DNA of 40,820 bases. It comes from a bacterium (GTDB taxonomy: Bacteria > JADJOY01). The translations under genes and the position numbers were made by a program. Numbering within the stretch: position 1 is the first letter of the stretch; each line of letters begins with the position of its first letter. The notes beneath the pieces were generated by a model. That model was not told the DNA's origin, did not search any database, and worked only from the letters and a program-made list of their open reading frames with translations. Below are positions 27,426 through 36,073 of this stretch, piece after piece. The DNA is taken from the NCBI GenBank assembly GCA_046331705.1, contig JAXLQJ010000063.1:1-40820 (forward strand). The letters are read 5' to 3'.

Positions 27426-28232
27426 TCAGGCGATGGCGCCGTCGGCGCGCAGACGCGCGAGCAGCGCTTGGGCCAGCTCGGCTGGCGACCCCCCGGACAG
27501 GAACTCGCACTGGCCCTGGACCGTGGGCACGAATTGCTTGGTGAGCACCACTCGCGGCGCCAGCTCGCCGGCGCCGAGCCCCAGCGTCTCGGGCGTGAAG
27601 GCTGCCGGTTTCATCTTGCGCGCCTTGATGGTCTGCGCGGTGGTGGGGTAGCGCGGCGTGCCGAGCTCGTTCGAGATGGTGACGATGCAGGGCAGGGCGA
27701 CCTCGACGACCTCGTCGCCGTCGGGAGTCACGCGGGTCACGCGCACGGCCTTGTCGCCGCTCATGGCGATGGCACGCGCGACGGTGACGACCGGCATGCC
27801 GAGCCGCTCGCCGAGCAACGCGGGCACGACACCCTGATCGTCGTCGGATGCCTGGCGCCCGCAGAGGATCAGGTCCGCGCCGCCGGTCTTGGTGACGTAT
27901 GCCGCGAGCAGCTTGGCGACCGCCGTCAGGTCGAGGGCCGCCGGATCGACCTGGACGTGAGCCGTCTCGTCGGCGCCGAGAGCCGCCGCCTGGCGCAGGA
28001 TGCTCGCGGGGTCGGTCCCGGCCGACACCACCGCGAGCTTCGCCGCGACACCGCCGTCACGCAGCCGCAGCGCCGCTTCGATCGCTTGCTCGTCGTACGC
28101 GTTCATGAGCCGTGGAATGGCGGACTGCGTGAGCGTCTTGCCATCCGCGCCGATCTGCAGGCCGCCCGCGAGGGCGTAGTTGTTCACGGCATCGGGATCG
28201 AGGACTTCCTTGGCACACACGACGATTCGCAC
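27426..28232 (-). CDS. etfB: electron transfer flavoprotein beta subunit
   Basis: AGGAG RBS before GTG; 'IVVCAKEVLD', 'MNAYDEQAIEAALRL', 'LILCGRQASD', 'PRYPT'. Confidence 0.95.
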   Translation of the reverse strand: MRIVVCAKEVLDPDAVNNYALAGGLQIGADGKTLTQSAIPRLMNAYDEQAIEAALRLRDGGVAAKLAVVSAGTDPASILRQAAALGADETAHVQVDPAALDLTAVAKLLAAYVTKTGGADLILCGRQASDDDQGVVPALLGERLGMPVVTVARAIAMSGDKAVRVTRVTPDGDEVVEVALPCIVTISNELGTPRYPTTAQTIKARKMKPAAFTPETLGLGAGELAPRVVLTKQFVPTVQGQCEFLSGGSPAELAQALLARLRADGAIA

Positions 28233-28342
28233 GGGTTGGATCTCCTAGGATTCGTGGAGGGCCGCCGGTCGCTGGCTGGCCGGCCGATCGGTCGGGGCAT
28301 CGTTGCGCCGGTGCCGCGCCACGGGAACGACGGCCTTGCGGG

Positions 28343-28648
28343 TCACGGTCGCCCCGGAACGCGGTTGGGCTCGTCGACCAGGAAGACGCTGCCCGATTCG
28401 CACCACACGCATTCGTCGGCGTAGTTGTCCGGCTTTCGCTTGAGGTCGCGGAGCAAATACCAGCGCCACGGCGGATCGCCGTGGTCGACGTAGTCGCCGC
28501 TCAGCGTTCCCGAGAACTCCTGGCGCCCCGCGTAGCGCGTTCCCAGGATCGGGCCGCCGCCGTCGCATTCGGCGCGCTTGCCGGCGACGCTCGCGTCGAA
28601 GCCGGGCACGGCCGCATACGTCGGTTGCTGCGACTCGGTCACGGTCAC
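28343..28648 (-). CDS. small hypothetical protein (101 aa)
   Basis: The GTG start overlaps the upstream stop (GTGA). Composition is globular and aromatic-rich, and it sits inside the operon. Confidence 0.7.
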   Translation of the reverse strand: MTVTESQQPTYAAVPGFDASVAGKRAECDGGGPILGTRYAGRQEFSGTLSGDYVDHGDPPWRWYLLRDLKRKPDNYADECVWCESGSVFLVDEPNRVPGRP

Positions 28649-29745
28649 TCGTCGCCGCCGGTGAGGTTCTCGAAGGTCGTGAGCGCCTCGTCGACGACGT
28701 CCATGACGATCTGGCGCGCCGGCTTCATGGCCGTCACGAAGCTCACGCCCTGGCCGGCCGCCTCCGTCATGAGGTCACCGCGGCGGTTGTCGTTGGCGCC
28801 CTGGATGTAGGGCGAGCTGAGGAGCATCTGATAGGGGGCCGGCAGCGGGGCGGGGGCCTCGGGCTTCTTCCACTCGGTGGTCCATGGGCACTTGAGCACG
28901 CGCATCGTCATGCCGGAGATCGACTTCGAGAAGTCGGTGTCCTCGGCGCTCGAGGCGATCAGCCGCTCCTTGATGATCATGTCGACGTCGCTCTCGCGCG
29001 ACGCCAGCCAGAGCGTGCCGGTCCACACGCCTGCGGCGCCCAGGCAGAGCGCGGCGGCCAGGTGACGGCCCGTGGTCACACCACCAGCCGCGATGACGGG
29101 ACGACCCTGGGCGACCGAGACGACCTCGGGCACGATGCTGAAGGTGCCCATCTCGCCAGTGTGGCCCGCGGCGTCGAAGCCCTGGGCGATGATGCCGTCG
29201 ACACCCGCTTCGATCTCACGCTTGGCCTGACGAGTCTTGCCGATCAGCCCGAACACCTTGATGCCGCGGGCATGAGCGGCATCGAGGATGAACGCCGGGT
29301 TGCCGAGGCCTGAGCAGAGCAGCGGCACTCGCTCTTCCAGCAGCACCTCGAGCTGGGCGCGCGCCATCTGCTGATTGAGCCCGCCCCATTGGTGAAGCGC
29401 CTCTTTGCCCTTGGGCGCCGGCACGTCGTACTTCTCGTGGATCATCTTCGCGTAGGCGCGGTGGCCGTCGGGGATCTTCGACTGGAGCTCGTCCAGACCG
29501 CCCGCGGGCGGCACCGACGCCGGCAGGACGAGATCCACGCCGAAGGGCTTGGAACCGATGCGATCGCGAATCCACTTGATGTCGGCCGAGATCTCGTCGG
29601 GCGTGTGCATCGCCTCGCCGAGCACCGAGAAGCCGCCGGCGTTGGTGACCGCGACCACCACGTCCTTGCAGTGGGTGAAGGCGATGATCGGGTACTCGAT
29701 CCCGAACATCTCGCAGAACGGGGTGTGGAGCGGATTCTTCGCCAT
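28645..29745 (-). CDS. nitronate monooxygenase / FabK-like FMN oxidoreductase
   Basis: 'FCEMFGIEYPII', 'AVTNAGG', 'IAQGFDAAGHTG', 'VIAAGGV', 'GVWTGT'; ATG 29745. Confidence 0.9.
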   Translation of the reverse strand: MAKNPLHTPFCEMFGIEYPIIAFTHCKDVVVAVTNAGGFSVLGEAMHTPDEISADIKWIRDRIGSKPFGVDLVLPASVPPAGGLDELQSKIPDGHRAYAKMIHEKYDVPAPKGKEALHQWGGLNQQMARAQLEVLLEERVPLLCSGLGNPAFILDAAHARGIKVFGLIGKTRQAKREIEAGVDGIIAQGFDAAGHTGEMGTFSIVPEVVSVAQGRPVIAAGGVTTGRHLAAALCLGAAGVWTGTLWLASRESDVDMIIKERLIASSAEDTDFSKSISGMTMRVLKCPWTTEWKKPEAPAPLPAPYQMLLSSPYIQGANDNRRGDLMTEAAGQGVSFVTAMKPARQIVMDVVDEALTTFENLTGGDE

Positions 29746-29762
29746 CGGAGCTCTCTCCGGCC

Positions 29763-29776
29763 GGGAACGCGTTCCA
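29763..29776. promoter_or_regulatory. KstR-like operator box 1
   Basis: GGGAACGCGTTCCA matches 7 of 8 fixed positions of TnnAACnnGTTnnA and contains the perfect palindrome GGAACGCGTTCC. Confidence 0.6.
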
Positions 29777-29836
29777 GCGGAACTTCGGGTGGAGGAACGA
29801 AAAGCGCCTGATTTTGGGTACGAACGCGAGGTGAGG

Positions 29837-29850
29837 TCGAACCGGTTTCC
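29837..29850. promoter_or_regulatory. KstR-like operator box 2
   Basis: TCGAACCGGTTTCC matches 7 of 8 fixed positions of TnnAACnnGTTnnA. Confidence 0.55.
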
Positions 29851-29858
29851 TTCCAAAA

Positions 29859-29872
29859 TGAAACATGTTCTA
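29859..29872. promoter_or_regulatory. KstR-like operator box 3 (full consensus)
   Basis: TGAAACATGTTCTA matches TnnAACnnGTTnnA exactly. It lies in an AT-rich patch just downstream of a minus-strand TTGACG (-35-like) at 29885-29880. Confidence 0.75.
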
Positions 29873-29927
29873 CTTGGCGCGTCAAGGCGTCAACGGCCCG
29901 GAATCACGGCGTTCGGGGGCTCAAGCG

Positions 29928-31097
29928 TTGCTCGACTTCGATCCCTTCGATGCGGCCGTCGTCGCGGACCCGTACCCCTGGTACGCGCGCCTGCGCGAGG
30001 AGGCGCCGCTCTATCACGTCGCCCGGCGCGGCTACTGGGTGCTGACGCGCTACGCCGACGTGCGCGAGGCGTTTCGCGACCACCAGACGTACTCCTCGGC
30101 GCGGGGCAACTCACCGGAGCCCGGCTTCCAGCCGGGTTTGATCGCCACGGATCCGCCCAAGCACACCCGCTTGCGCCGCATCGTCCAGGCGGTCTTCACG
30201 CGCCGCGCGATCGAAGAGGCCTGGGGGGCGCGGATCCGCGCGATCTGCGAGGAGCTGATTCGGCCCTTGCTCGATGGCGCCCCGTTCGACGCGTTCCGAA
30301 GTCTCACGCTGCCGCTGCCCGTCCAGGTCATCGTGGAGATGCTCGGCATCCCGGACGGCGACCTCGCCCAGTTCAAGCGCTGGTCCGATCTGATGGTCGA
30401 GGGCGTCAGCCAGCACCTCGATGCCGAGGTCGAGCGGCGCACCGCCGAGTCGTTCAAGGCGCTCAACGACTACTTCCACGCGAAGGTGCGCGAGCGGCGC
30501 ACGGGCCTCGGCGCGGACCTGATCACGCGCGTGGCCCAGGCCGGCGAGGGCGAGGCGCTCACGGACAAGGAAGCCGCCCACTTCTGCATCCTGCTCTTGA
30601 TCGCCGGCAACGAGACCACCACGAACCTTCTGGGCAATGCGCTCCTGGCGCTGATGGCCAACCCGGCGGAGCTCGTGAAGCTGCGCGCGCGGCGCGAGGA
30701 GCTTCTGCCGGGCGCGGTGGAAGAGATGCTGCGCTTCGGGCCGCCCTCGAAATGCTTCTTCCGCGAGACCACGCGACCGATCGAGCTTCATGGCCAGACC
30801 ATCCCCGCGAATGCGCGGGTGATGCTCACCATCGCCGCCGGCAACCGCGACCCGCGGGTCTTCGCCGAGCCGGACCGGTTCCTCGTGGACCGCGTCTGCG
30901 ACAACGACCATCTCTCGTTCGGCAGCGGCATCCACCATTGCCTGGGCTCGATGCTCGCGCGCCTCGAGACACTCACGTTCTTCGACGTGCTGCTCGCACG
31001 CGCGCGCGACCTGGTGCCCGCGGGCGAAGCGCGAATCGTCCAAAATCCCATCGTCCGCGGGCCCGATCGGCTGCCGATGCGCCTGGTGGCGGCCTAG
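29928..31097 (+). CDS. cytochrome P450
   Basis: 'DPPKHTRLR', I-helix 'AGNETT', 'EEMLR', heme loop 'FGSGIHHCLG'. The start is probably TTG 29928, because ATG 29865 falls inside the operator. Confidence 0.95.
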   Translation: MLDFDPFDAAVVADPYPWYARLREEAPLYHVARRGYWVLTRYADVREAFRDHQTYSSARGNSPEPGFQPGLIATDPPKHTRLRRIVQAVFTRRAIEEAWGARIRAICEELIRPLLDGAPFDAFRSLTLPLPVQVIVEMLGIPDGDLAQFKRWSDLMVEGVSQHLDAEVERRTAESFKALNDYFHAKVRERRTGLGADLITRVAQAGEGEALTDKEAAHFCILLLIAGNETTTNLLGNALLALMANPAELVKLRARREELLPGAVEEMLRFGPPSKCFFRETTRPIELHGQTIPANARVMLTIAAGNRDPRVFAEPDRFLVDRVCDNDHLSFGSGIHHCLGSMLARLETLTFFDVLLARARDLVPAGEARIVQNPIVRGPDRLPMRLVAA

Positions 31098-31167
31098 CGC
31101 TCGCCCCGCGCAGGCATCCGTGACGCCGACGGCCCGCCGCCGCACGCCGGCGAGGAGAGGAGCGCTC

Positions 31168-31536
31168 ATGCCGTCCGAGAAGTTCGAGAAGGGTGCGCGG
31201 GTCTTCGAGGAAGTCATCGGCTTTCGCCCGCCCGAGCAGGGTCCGGCTTTTCTCAGGATCACCGTCGAGAACCTGTTCGCGGACGTGTGGGCTCGAGAAG
31301 GACTCTCGATCCGCGATCGGCGCTTGATCACGCTCACGATCCTGGCGATGCAGATGAAGGAAGAGTCGCTCGCCCTCCACCTGCGCCAAGCGCTCAAGAA
31401 GGACCTGACGAAGAAGGAGCTGTCGGAGCTGATGATCCACGTCGCCCATTACGCCGGCTGGCCGGTGGGACAGTTCGGTTTCGACACCCTGATGGCGAGC
31501 CTGGCCGAGCGCGAGAAGGAAGCGGCGGGCGGCTAG
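31168..31536 (+). CDS. carboxymuconolactone decarboxylase (CMD) family protein
   Basis: AGGAGAGGAG RBS; 'FADVWAREGLSIRDRRLITL', 'HVAHYAGWP'. Confidence 0.9.
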   Translation: MPSEKFEKGARVFEEVIGFRPPEQGPAFLRITVENLFADVWAREGLSIRDRRLITLTILAMQMKEESLALHLRQALKKDLTKKELSELMIHVAHYAGWPVGQFGFDTLMASLAEREKEAAGG

Positions 31537-31554
31537 GCGAGCGGCGCGCACGCG

Positions 31555-31583
31555 GGCACCGAGCATCCAGGCACCGAGCATCC
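31555..31583 (+). repeat. tandem 14-bp direct repeat
   Basis: GGCACCGAGCATCC at 31555-31568 and 31570-31583, just upstream of the Fe-S oxidoreductase start. Confidence 0.7.
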
Positions 31584-31603
31584 TCACGAACGAGACGAGA
31601 ACG

Positions 31604-33715
31604 ATGGAAGCGACTCGACCGATCTACTGGAACATCGCCCTCGGCATGCTGATCTACGGCTTCGCGGCCGTGGCCCTCGGCTTCGCGGTCCGCGGCATCC
31701 ACCGACGCATACGGCTCATTCGTCTCGGCGCCGCCGAGATTCGCACCGATCGCATGGCGGAGCGGATTCGCGGCCTCGTGGTCGAGATCTTCGGGCACCG
31801 CCGCCTGCTGCGCGATCCGGTGCCGGGCGTCGCCCATCTCTTCGTCTTCTACGGGTTCCTGGTCGAGCTCGTCGCGACCGGCCTGATCGCCGTCCAGGAA
31901 TGGACCGGCATCCACTTCCTGCACGGGCCCTTCTATCGGGGCTATTCGCTGGTGAGCGACGTGTTCGGCGTCCTCGGGCTGGTGGGCTGCGCGATCTTCC
32001 TGTGGCGGCGCGGCGTGCAGAAGGTGCCGCGGCTGCACACCATCACCGACGACTGGATCGCGATCGGGCTCTTGGGGCTGGTCTTCGCGCAAGGCTTCGT
32101 CGTCGAGGGCCTGCGCATCGCCGCCACCGAGCTGCGGCAGAACCCGTCGCTGGCGGTGTGGTCTCCGGGCGGCTACCTGGTGGCGAAGCTCGTCGCCGGG
32201 CTCGGCGAGGATGCCTTGCGCGCGCTTCACCGGGGTGTTTGGTGGTTCCACGCCGCCACGGCGTTCTCGTTTCTCGGCTACATGGCGTACGGAAAGCTCA
32301 ATCACGTCTGGTTCGGCACCGCGAACATCCTGCTGCGGAATCTGGGCCCGAGCGGCAAGCTCGCTCACTTCGACATCGACAACGCGCTCGAGGCCGATCC
32401 CGATGGCGACGTGGTCCTGGGCACGAGCCGCATCGAGCAGTATCCGTGGAAGAGCCTGCTCGATCTCGATGCGTGCATGAACTGCGGCCGCTGCGAGGCG
32501 GTCTGTCCCGCGAGCCTGAGCGGTGTGCCGCTCTCACCGCGGAAGCTCATTCAAGACATGAAGGCGCACCTGAGCGACGTCGGCCCCGCGTCGTTGCTGG
32601 CGCGCCTCGCCCAGGGACAGACCGTCGCGGGCGTCGAGGGTGCGGGCACCGCCGCGCCCGCCGGTGACGTCTCGACCCGCCCGCCGCTCTTCGGCGAGGC
32701 GCCCGCCGAGCCCGGCGCGCCGCGCCCCGCGGTGCTGGAGGACGAGCTCTGGGGATGTCGGACCTGTGGGGCGTGCACCCACGAGTGCCCGGTCTTCATC
32801 GAGCACATCCCCAAGATGGTCGACATGCGTCGCCACCTCGTCATGACCGATTCGAAGATGAGCGACGCGGCCCAGCTCTTCCTGAAGAACATGGATGACC
32901 GCATGCATCCCTGGGCGAAGGCGCCGCACAACCGTGACGAGTGGTACCAGGACTTGGACGTGAAGGTGCTCGGCGACGGTGCGCACGCCGAGTACCTCTA
33001 CTGGGTGGGCTGCACCGGGGCGATGATCGACCGCAACATCCAGGTCACCCGCGCCATGGTGAAGGTGCTCAAGGCGGCGGGGGTCGACTTCGCGATCCTG
33101 GGCTCCGAGGAAGCGTGCACCGGCGACCCGGCGCGGCGCGTGGGAGGCGAGTTCACCTTCCAGCTCTGCGCCAAGCAGAACATCGAGACGCTGGCGCAAT
33201 ACGGAGTGAGGAAGATCATCACCACCTGCCCGCACTGCTTCAACAGCTACCAGAACGAGTATCCCGACTTCGGCGGAAACTACGAGGTGGTCCACCACAC
33301 GCAGCTCATCGCCGACCTGCTGCGCGCCGGGAAGCTCCGACTGCGCGCCGGGCTCGACGCGCTCACCTATCACGATCCCTGCTACCTGGGGCGCCACAAC
33401 GGCGTGTACGAGGCGCCGCGAGCGGTCCTCGACTCGCTCGCCGTTCCGGGCGGGCGAATCGAGATGGAGCGCAGCCAGTCGAAGTCGCTGTGCTGCGGCG
33501 CGGGCGGCGGCTACGCCTGGATGGACGACGATCCCAAGACGCGCATCAATCACCTGCGTCTCGCCGACGTGAAGGAATGCGGCGCCAAGACCGCGGCGGT
33601 CTCGTGCCCCTTCTGCATGCAGATGTTCGACGACGCGCTCAAGACCCTGGACCCGGAGAAGTCGATCCGCGCCGCCGACATCGCGGAGCTGGTGGCCGAG
33701 GCTCTCGAGGCGTGA
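31604..33715 (+). CDS. membrane-bound FadF/HdrD-like Fe-S oxidoreductase (probable ETF:quinone oxidoreductase, EMO type)
   Basis: N-terminal TM domain with His residues; two ferredoxin motifs 'CMNCGRCEAVCP' and 'CRTCGACTHECP'; two CCG domains ('CTG...CPHC' and 'YHDPCYLGR...CCG...CPFC'). Confidence 0.92.
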   Translation: MEATRPIYWNIALGMLIYGFAAVALGFAVRGIHRRIRLIRLGAAEIRTDRMAERIRGLVVEIFGHRRLLRDPVPGVAHLFVFYGFLVELVATGLIAVQEWTGIHFLHGPFYRGYSLVSDVFGVLGLVGCAIFLWRRGVQKVPRLHTITDDWIAIGLLGLVFAQGFVVEGLRIAATELRQNPSLAVWSPGGYLVAKLVAGLGEDALRALHRGVWWFHAATAFSFLGYMAYGKLNHVWFGTANILLRNLGPSGKLAHFDIDNALEADPDGDVVLGTSRIEQYPWKSLLDLDACMNCGRCEAVCPASLSGVPLSPRKLIQDMKAHLSDVGPASLLARLAQGQTVAGVEGAGTAAPAGDVSTRPPLFGEAPAEPGAPRPAVLEDELWGCRTCGACTHECPVFIEHIPKMVDMRRHLVMTDSKMSDAAQLFLKNMDDRMHPWAKAPHNRDEWYQDLDVKVLGDGAHAEYLYWVGCTGAMIDRNIQVTRAMVKVLKAAGVDFAILGSEEACTGDPARRVGGEFTFQLCAKQNIETLAQYGVRKIITTCPHCFNSYQNEYPDFGGNYEVVHHTQLIADLLRAGKLRLRAGLDALTYHDPCYLGRHNGVYEAPRAVLDSLAVPGGRIEMERSQSKSLCCGAGGGYAWMDDDPKTRINHLRLADVKECGAKTAAVSCPFCMQMFDDALKTLDPEKSIRAADIAELVAEALEA

Positions 33716-34128
33716 ACGCCGATGCACGACTAGCGCGCCTCGAGGATCTCGAGGCGATCCGTGACCTGGCGCGCCGTTACGCCGACGCGGTGTGGCGGCG
33801 CGACGTCGCCGCGGCCATCGACCTGTTCGCCGAGGACGGGGTCATGGACACCGGCGATCGGCCGCCGATCCGGGGCCGCGCCGCGTTGCTCGAGAGCTAC
33901 CGACAGCTCGTCGCTGGGGCCAACGAGTTCCTGCCGTTCGTCGCCAACCACGTCGTCGATCTGGATGGCGATCGGGCGAGCGGCCGCTGCTATCTGGACC
34001 TGCGCGCCAGCATCGAGGGCCAGCGCCGAATCGGCGGCGGTCACTACGACGACGAGTACGTCCGCACCCGCGCCGGCTGGCGCTTCGCCTCGCGACGGCT
34101 GGTGCTGCGCTTCCTCGAAGCGCTCTAA
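33712..34128 (+). CDS. NTF2/SnoaL-like protein
   Basis: GTGA overlap; 'RLEDLEAIRDLARRYA', 'LFAEDG', 'GHYDDEYVRTRAGWRFASR'. Confidence 0.9.
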   Translation: MNADARLARLEDLEAIRDLARRYADAVWRRDVAAAIDLFAEDGVMDTGDRPPIRGRAALLESYRQLVAGANEFLPFVANHVVDLDGDRASGRCYLDLRASIEGQRRIGGGHYDDEYVRTRAGWRFASRRLVLRFLEAL

Positions 34129-34204
34129 CGGGCCGCGGATGAGCTCGCCGTCGCGAGCGCTTCGAGCCCGCCGATGGTTCTTCGGGGGGCTCTTCCGGAC
34201 GCCC

Positions 34205-34232
34205 GCCCCACGAAAGGCCGTTTTCGTGGGGC
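34205..34232. repeat. REP-like hairpin / bidirectional terminator between convergent genes
   Basis: GCCCCACGAAA-GGCCGT-TTTCGTGGGGC forms an 11-bp perfect stem. A second imperfect stem (GAGCCCGCCGA...TCGGGGGGCTC) lies just upstream. Confidence 0.6.
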
Positions 34233-34288
34233 CCCACCTCGAAGTCGACGCGCAACGCTCGGCGGCGCGCCTCTGGCGCGCGCGGATC

Positions 34289-35923
34289 TCAGGCCGAGCG
34301 GGGGGCGGCGGCGTCCATTGACCGCGCGAGATCCGTGAGCGCGTATCCCACGAAACGCACGCCGTAGTGGTGCACCAGCTCGTGCACGGCGCGTAGATAC
34401 GGCAAGCGCGCGGCGACCGGCATCGCAGGCAGCCGCTCCGCGAGGCCACGGGCCAGCGCCAGCGCGCTCTCCGGGCTCGACTCGGCGGCGCTCAAGCAGG
34501 GCCCGAGGGCGGCGCACCAGAGCTCTGATCCCCACGGCTCGGCGAGCTCGCTCAATCGCGTGAGCGCGCGCGGCAACCGTTTGGCCCACGGCGTCCGTAG
34601 GATTCGCTCGCGGTGGAAGGCCCCCACGAGCGCATCGAGGCGCTCCGCGCACCCCAGCTCCTTGGCGGCGGCGGCGAGCGCCACGAACGTCTCGACGACC
34701 TCGGCACGGGTCTCGCCGAGCTCGCCTGCATGGCGCAAGAAGAGCTCGCATCGCCCATCGGGGGCGAGCGCGTGAGCAACCTCGGCGAGACGATCGAGCG
34801 CATCCTCGCCGAGAGCCGGGACGAGCGGGCCGAGCTGCGCCAACGAGCGTGCCAGCGCCCGATGATGGGCGGCGGGAACGAGCGTCACCCAGCGCGCCAG
34901 CCCGGCGCAGACGAGCTCTGAGGCTTCCTCGGACCAAGCGGCCGCGGTCGCCACGGTATCGAGCCAGGGGACCGGCTCCTCGCTGGCGGGTAGTGCGCGC
35001 ACGGTGGCCGCGAGGGCGTCGATCTTCGCCGCCAGCTCACCGGTGACGAATGGAACCGCCTCGATCTGGAACTCGCCCACCAAGCGAGCGGCCTGCACGA
35101 AGCAGAGCTCGGCGCTCGTCGCGGAGAGCGAGCGCAGCGCCTCCCGGAGCTTCGCGACGGCGGACGCGTCCAGCGCGAGCGGAACGGCCGCCAGCGCCGC
35201 GAGCGCGGCGAGAAACGAGTTCATCGCCGCGGGCTGGCTGGCGCTCGCCTCCGCCACCAGCCGTGCCACCAGCGGCAGCACGCTGGCGCGGCGCAAGGGC
35301 GGCGGATCGGCATCGCGATCGAACGCCTCCACGAGCTTCGCCGCCGCGTCCCGATGGCCCGCGCGATCGGCCACCGTGACGATCTCGGCGAGGGCCTCTA
35401 GCTCGCTCCCCGCGCGTCCGGGCAGGCGGCTGCGGGGGCGGTAACCCGCGACGAGGGCGAGGGTCTCCGTCGAGGATGCGCCGGCGCAGCGCTGCGCGAT
35501 CCCGGCCAAGACCGCGGGCGAAGCGTGCGCGGCGAGCGCTTGCGCCGAACGCACGTCGCGGACGAGCGTCGCTGCCGCGGCGTCGTCGGCTCGCGCGAGG
35601 GCGGCGGCGAGGGTGCGGAAACGACGGCGCTGCGCCCAATAGCGGACGTCGAGGGTGAAGAGATGGCGATCGAGCTCCGCCAAGGCGTGCGCCGCTGCGG
35701 GGGCGTCGAGCTTCGCCAGCGCGCGGCCGATCGTCTCCCATTCGTCCGCCGAGCCGGGATAGAGCCTGCCCGGATTCTCGGCGACGGCGCGCAACGCGCG
35801 CAGCGCCACGCCGCGTTGGGCCGCGTCCGGGTACGCGTCCCGCAATGCCCGCACCGCGGGATGGAGCGGGCCGAGGTGATCGGCGAGCACGCTTTCGGGC
35901 GCGACGTGTTCGTCGAGTTGCAC
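34289..35923 (-). CDS. hypothetical Ala/Leu-rich all-helical protein (~545 aa)
   Basis: This is the non-overlapping part of ORF 34289..37267, which fills the gap. It shows an amphipathic helical pattern. The start (GTG 35923) is a best guess. Confidence 0.65.
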   Translation of the reverse strand: MQLDEHVAPESVLADHLGPLHPAVRALRDAYPDAAQRGVALRALRAVAENPGRLYPGSADEWETIGRALAKLDAPAAAHALAELDRHLFTLDVRYWAQRRRFRTLAAALARADDAAAATLVRDVRSAQALAAHASPAVLAGIAQRCAGASSTETLALVAGYRPRSRLPGRAGSELEALAEIVTVADRAGHRDAAAKLVEAFDRDADPPPLRRASVLPLVARLVAEASASQPAAMNSFLAALAALAAVPLALDASAVAKLREALRSLSATSAELCFVQAARLVGEFQIEAVPFVTGELAAKIDALAATVRALPASEEPVPWLDTVATAAAWSEEASELVCAGLARWVTLVPAAHHRALARSLAQLGPLVPALGEDALDRLAEVAHALAPDGRCELFLRHAGELGETRAEVVETFVALAAAAKELGCAERLDALVGAFHRERILRTPWAKRLPRALTRLSELAEPWGSELWCAALGPCLSAAESSPESALALARGLAERLPAMPVAARLPYLRAVHELVHHYGVRFVGYALTDLARSMDAAAPRSA

Positions 35924-36073
35924 CGCGGGAGCCTGAGCGAGGGTGAGCGTGTGCGCCGTGTGGAGGCCGCGCGGAACGCGCGACGGGCGCGCGAAGATAC
36001 CACGAGGGTCGGCGCGCCGGGACGGCCTCGCGTGGCGTAGGATCGCGCGTCCCCGCTGACTCACGAGAGGCGC

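Noticed and set aside
29865-29927. P450 start at ATG 29865
   Set aside because: It lies inside the operator palindrome with no RBS. P450-like sequence begins near TTG 29928.
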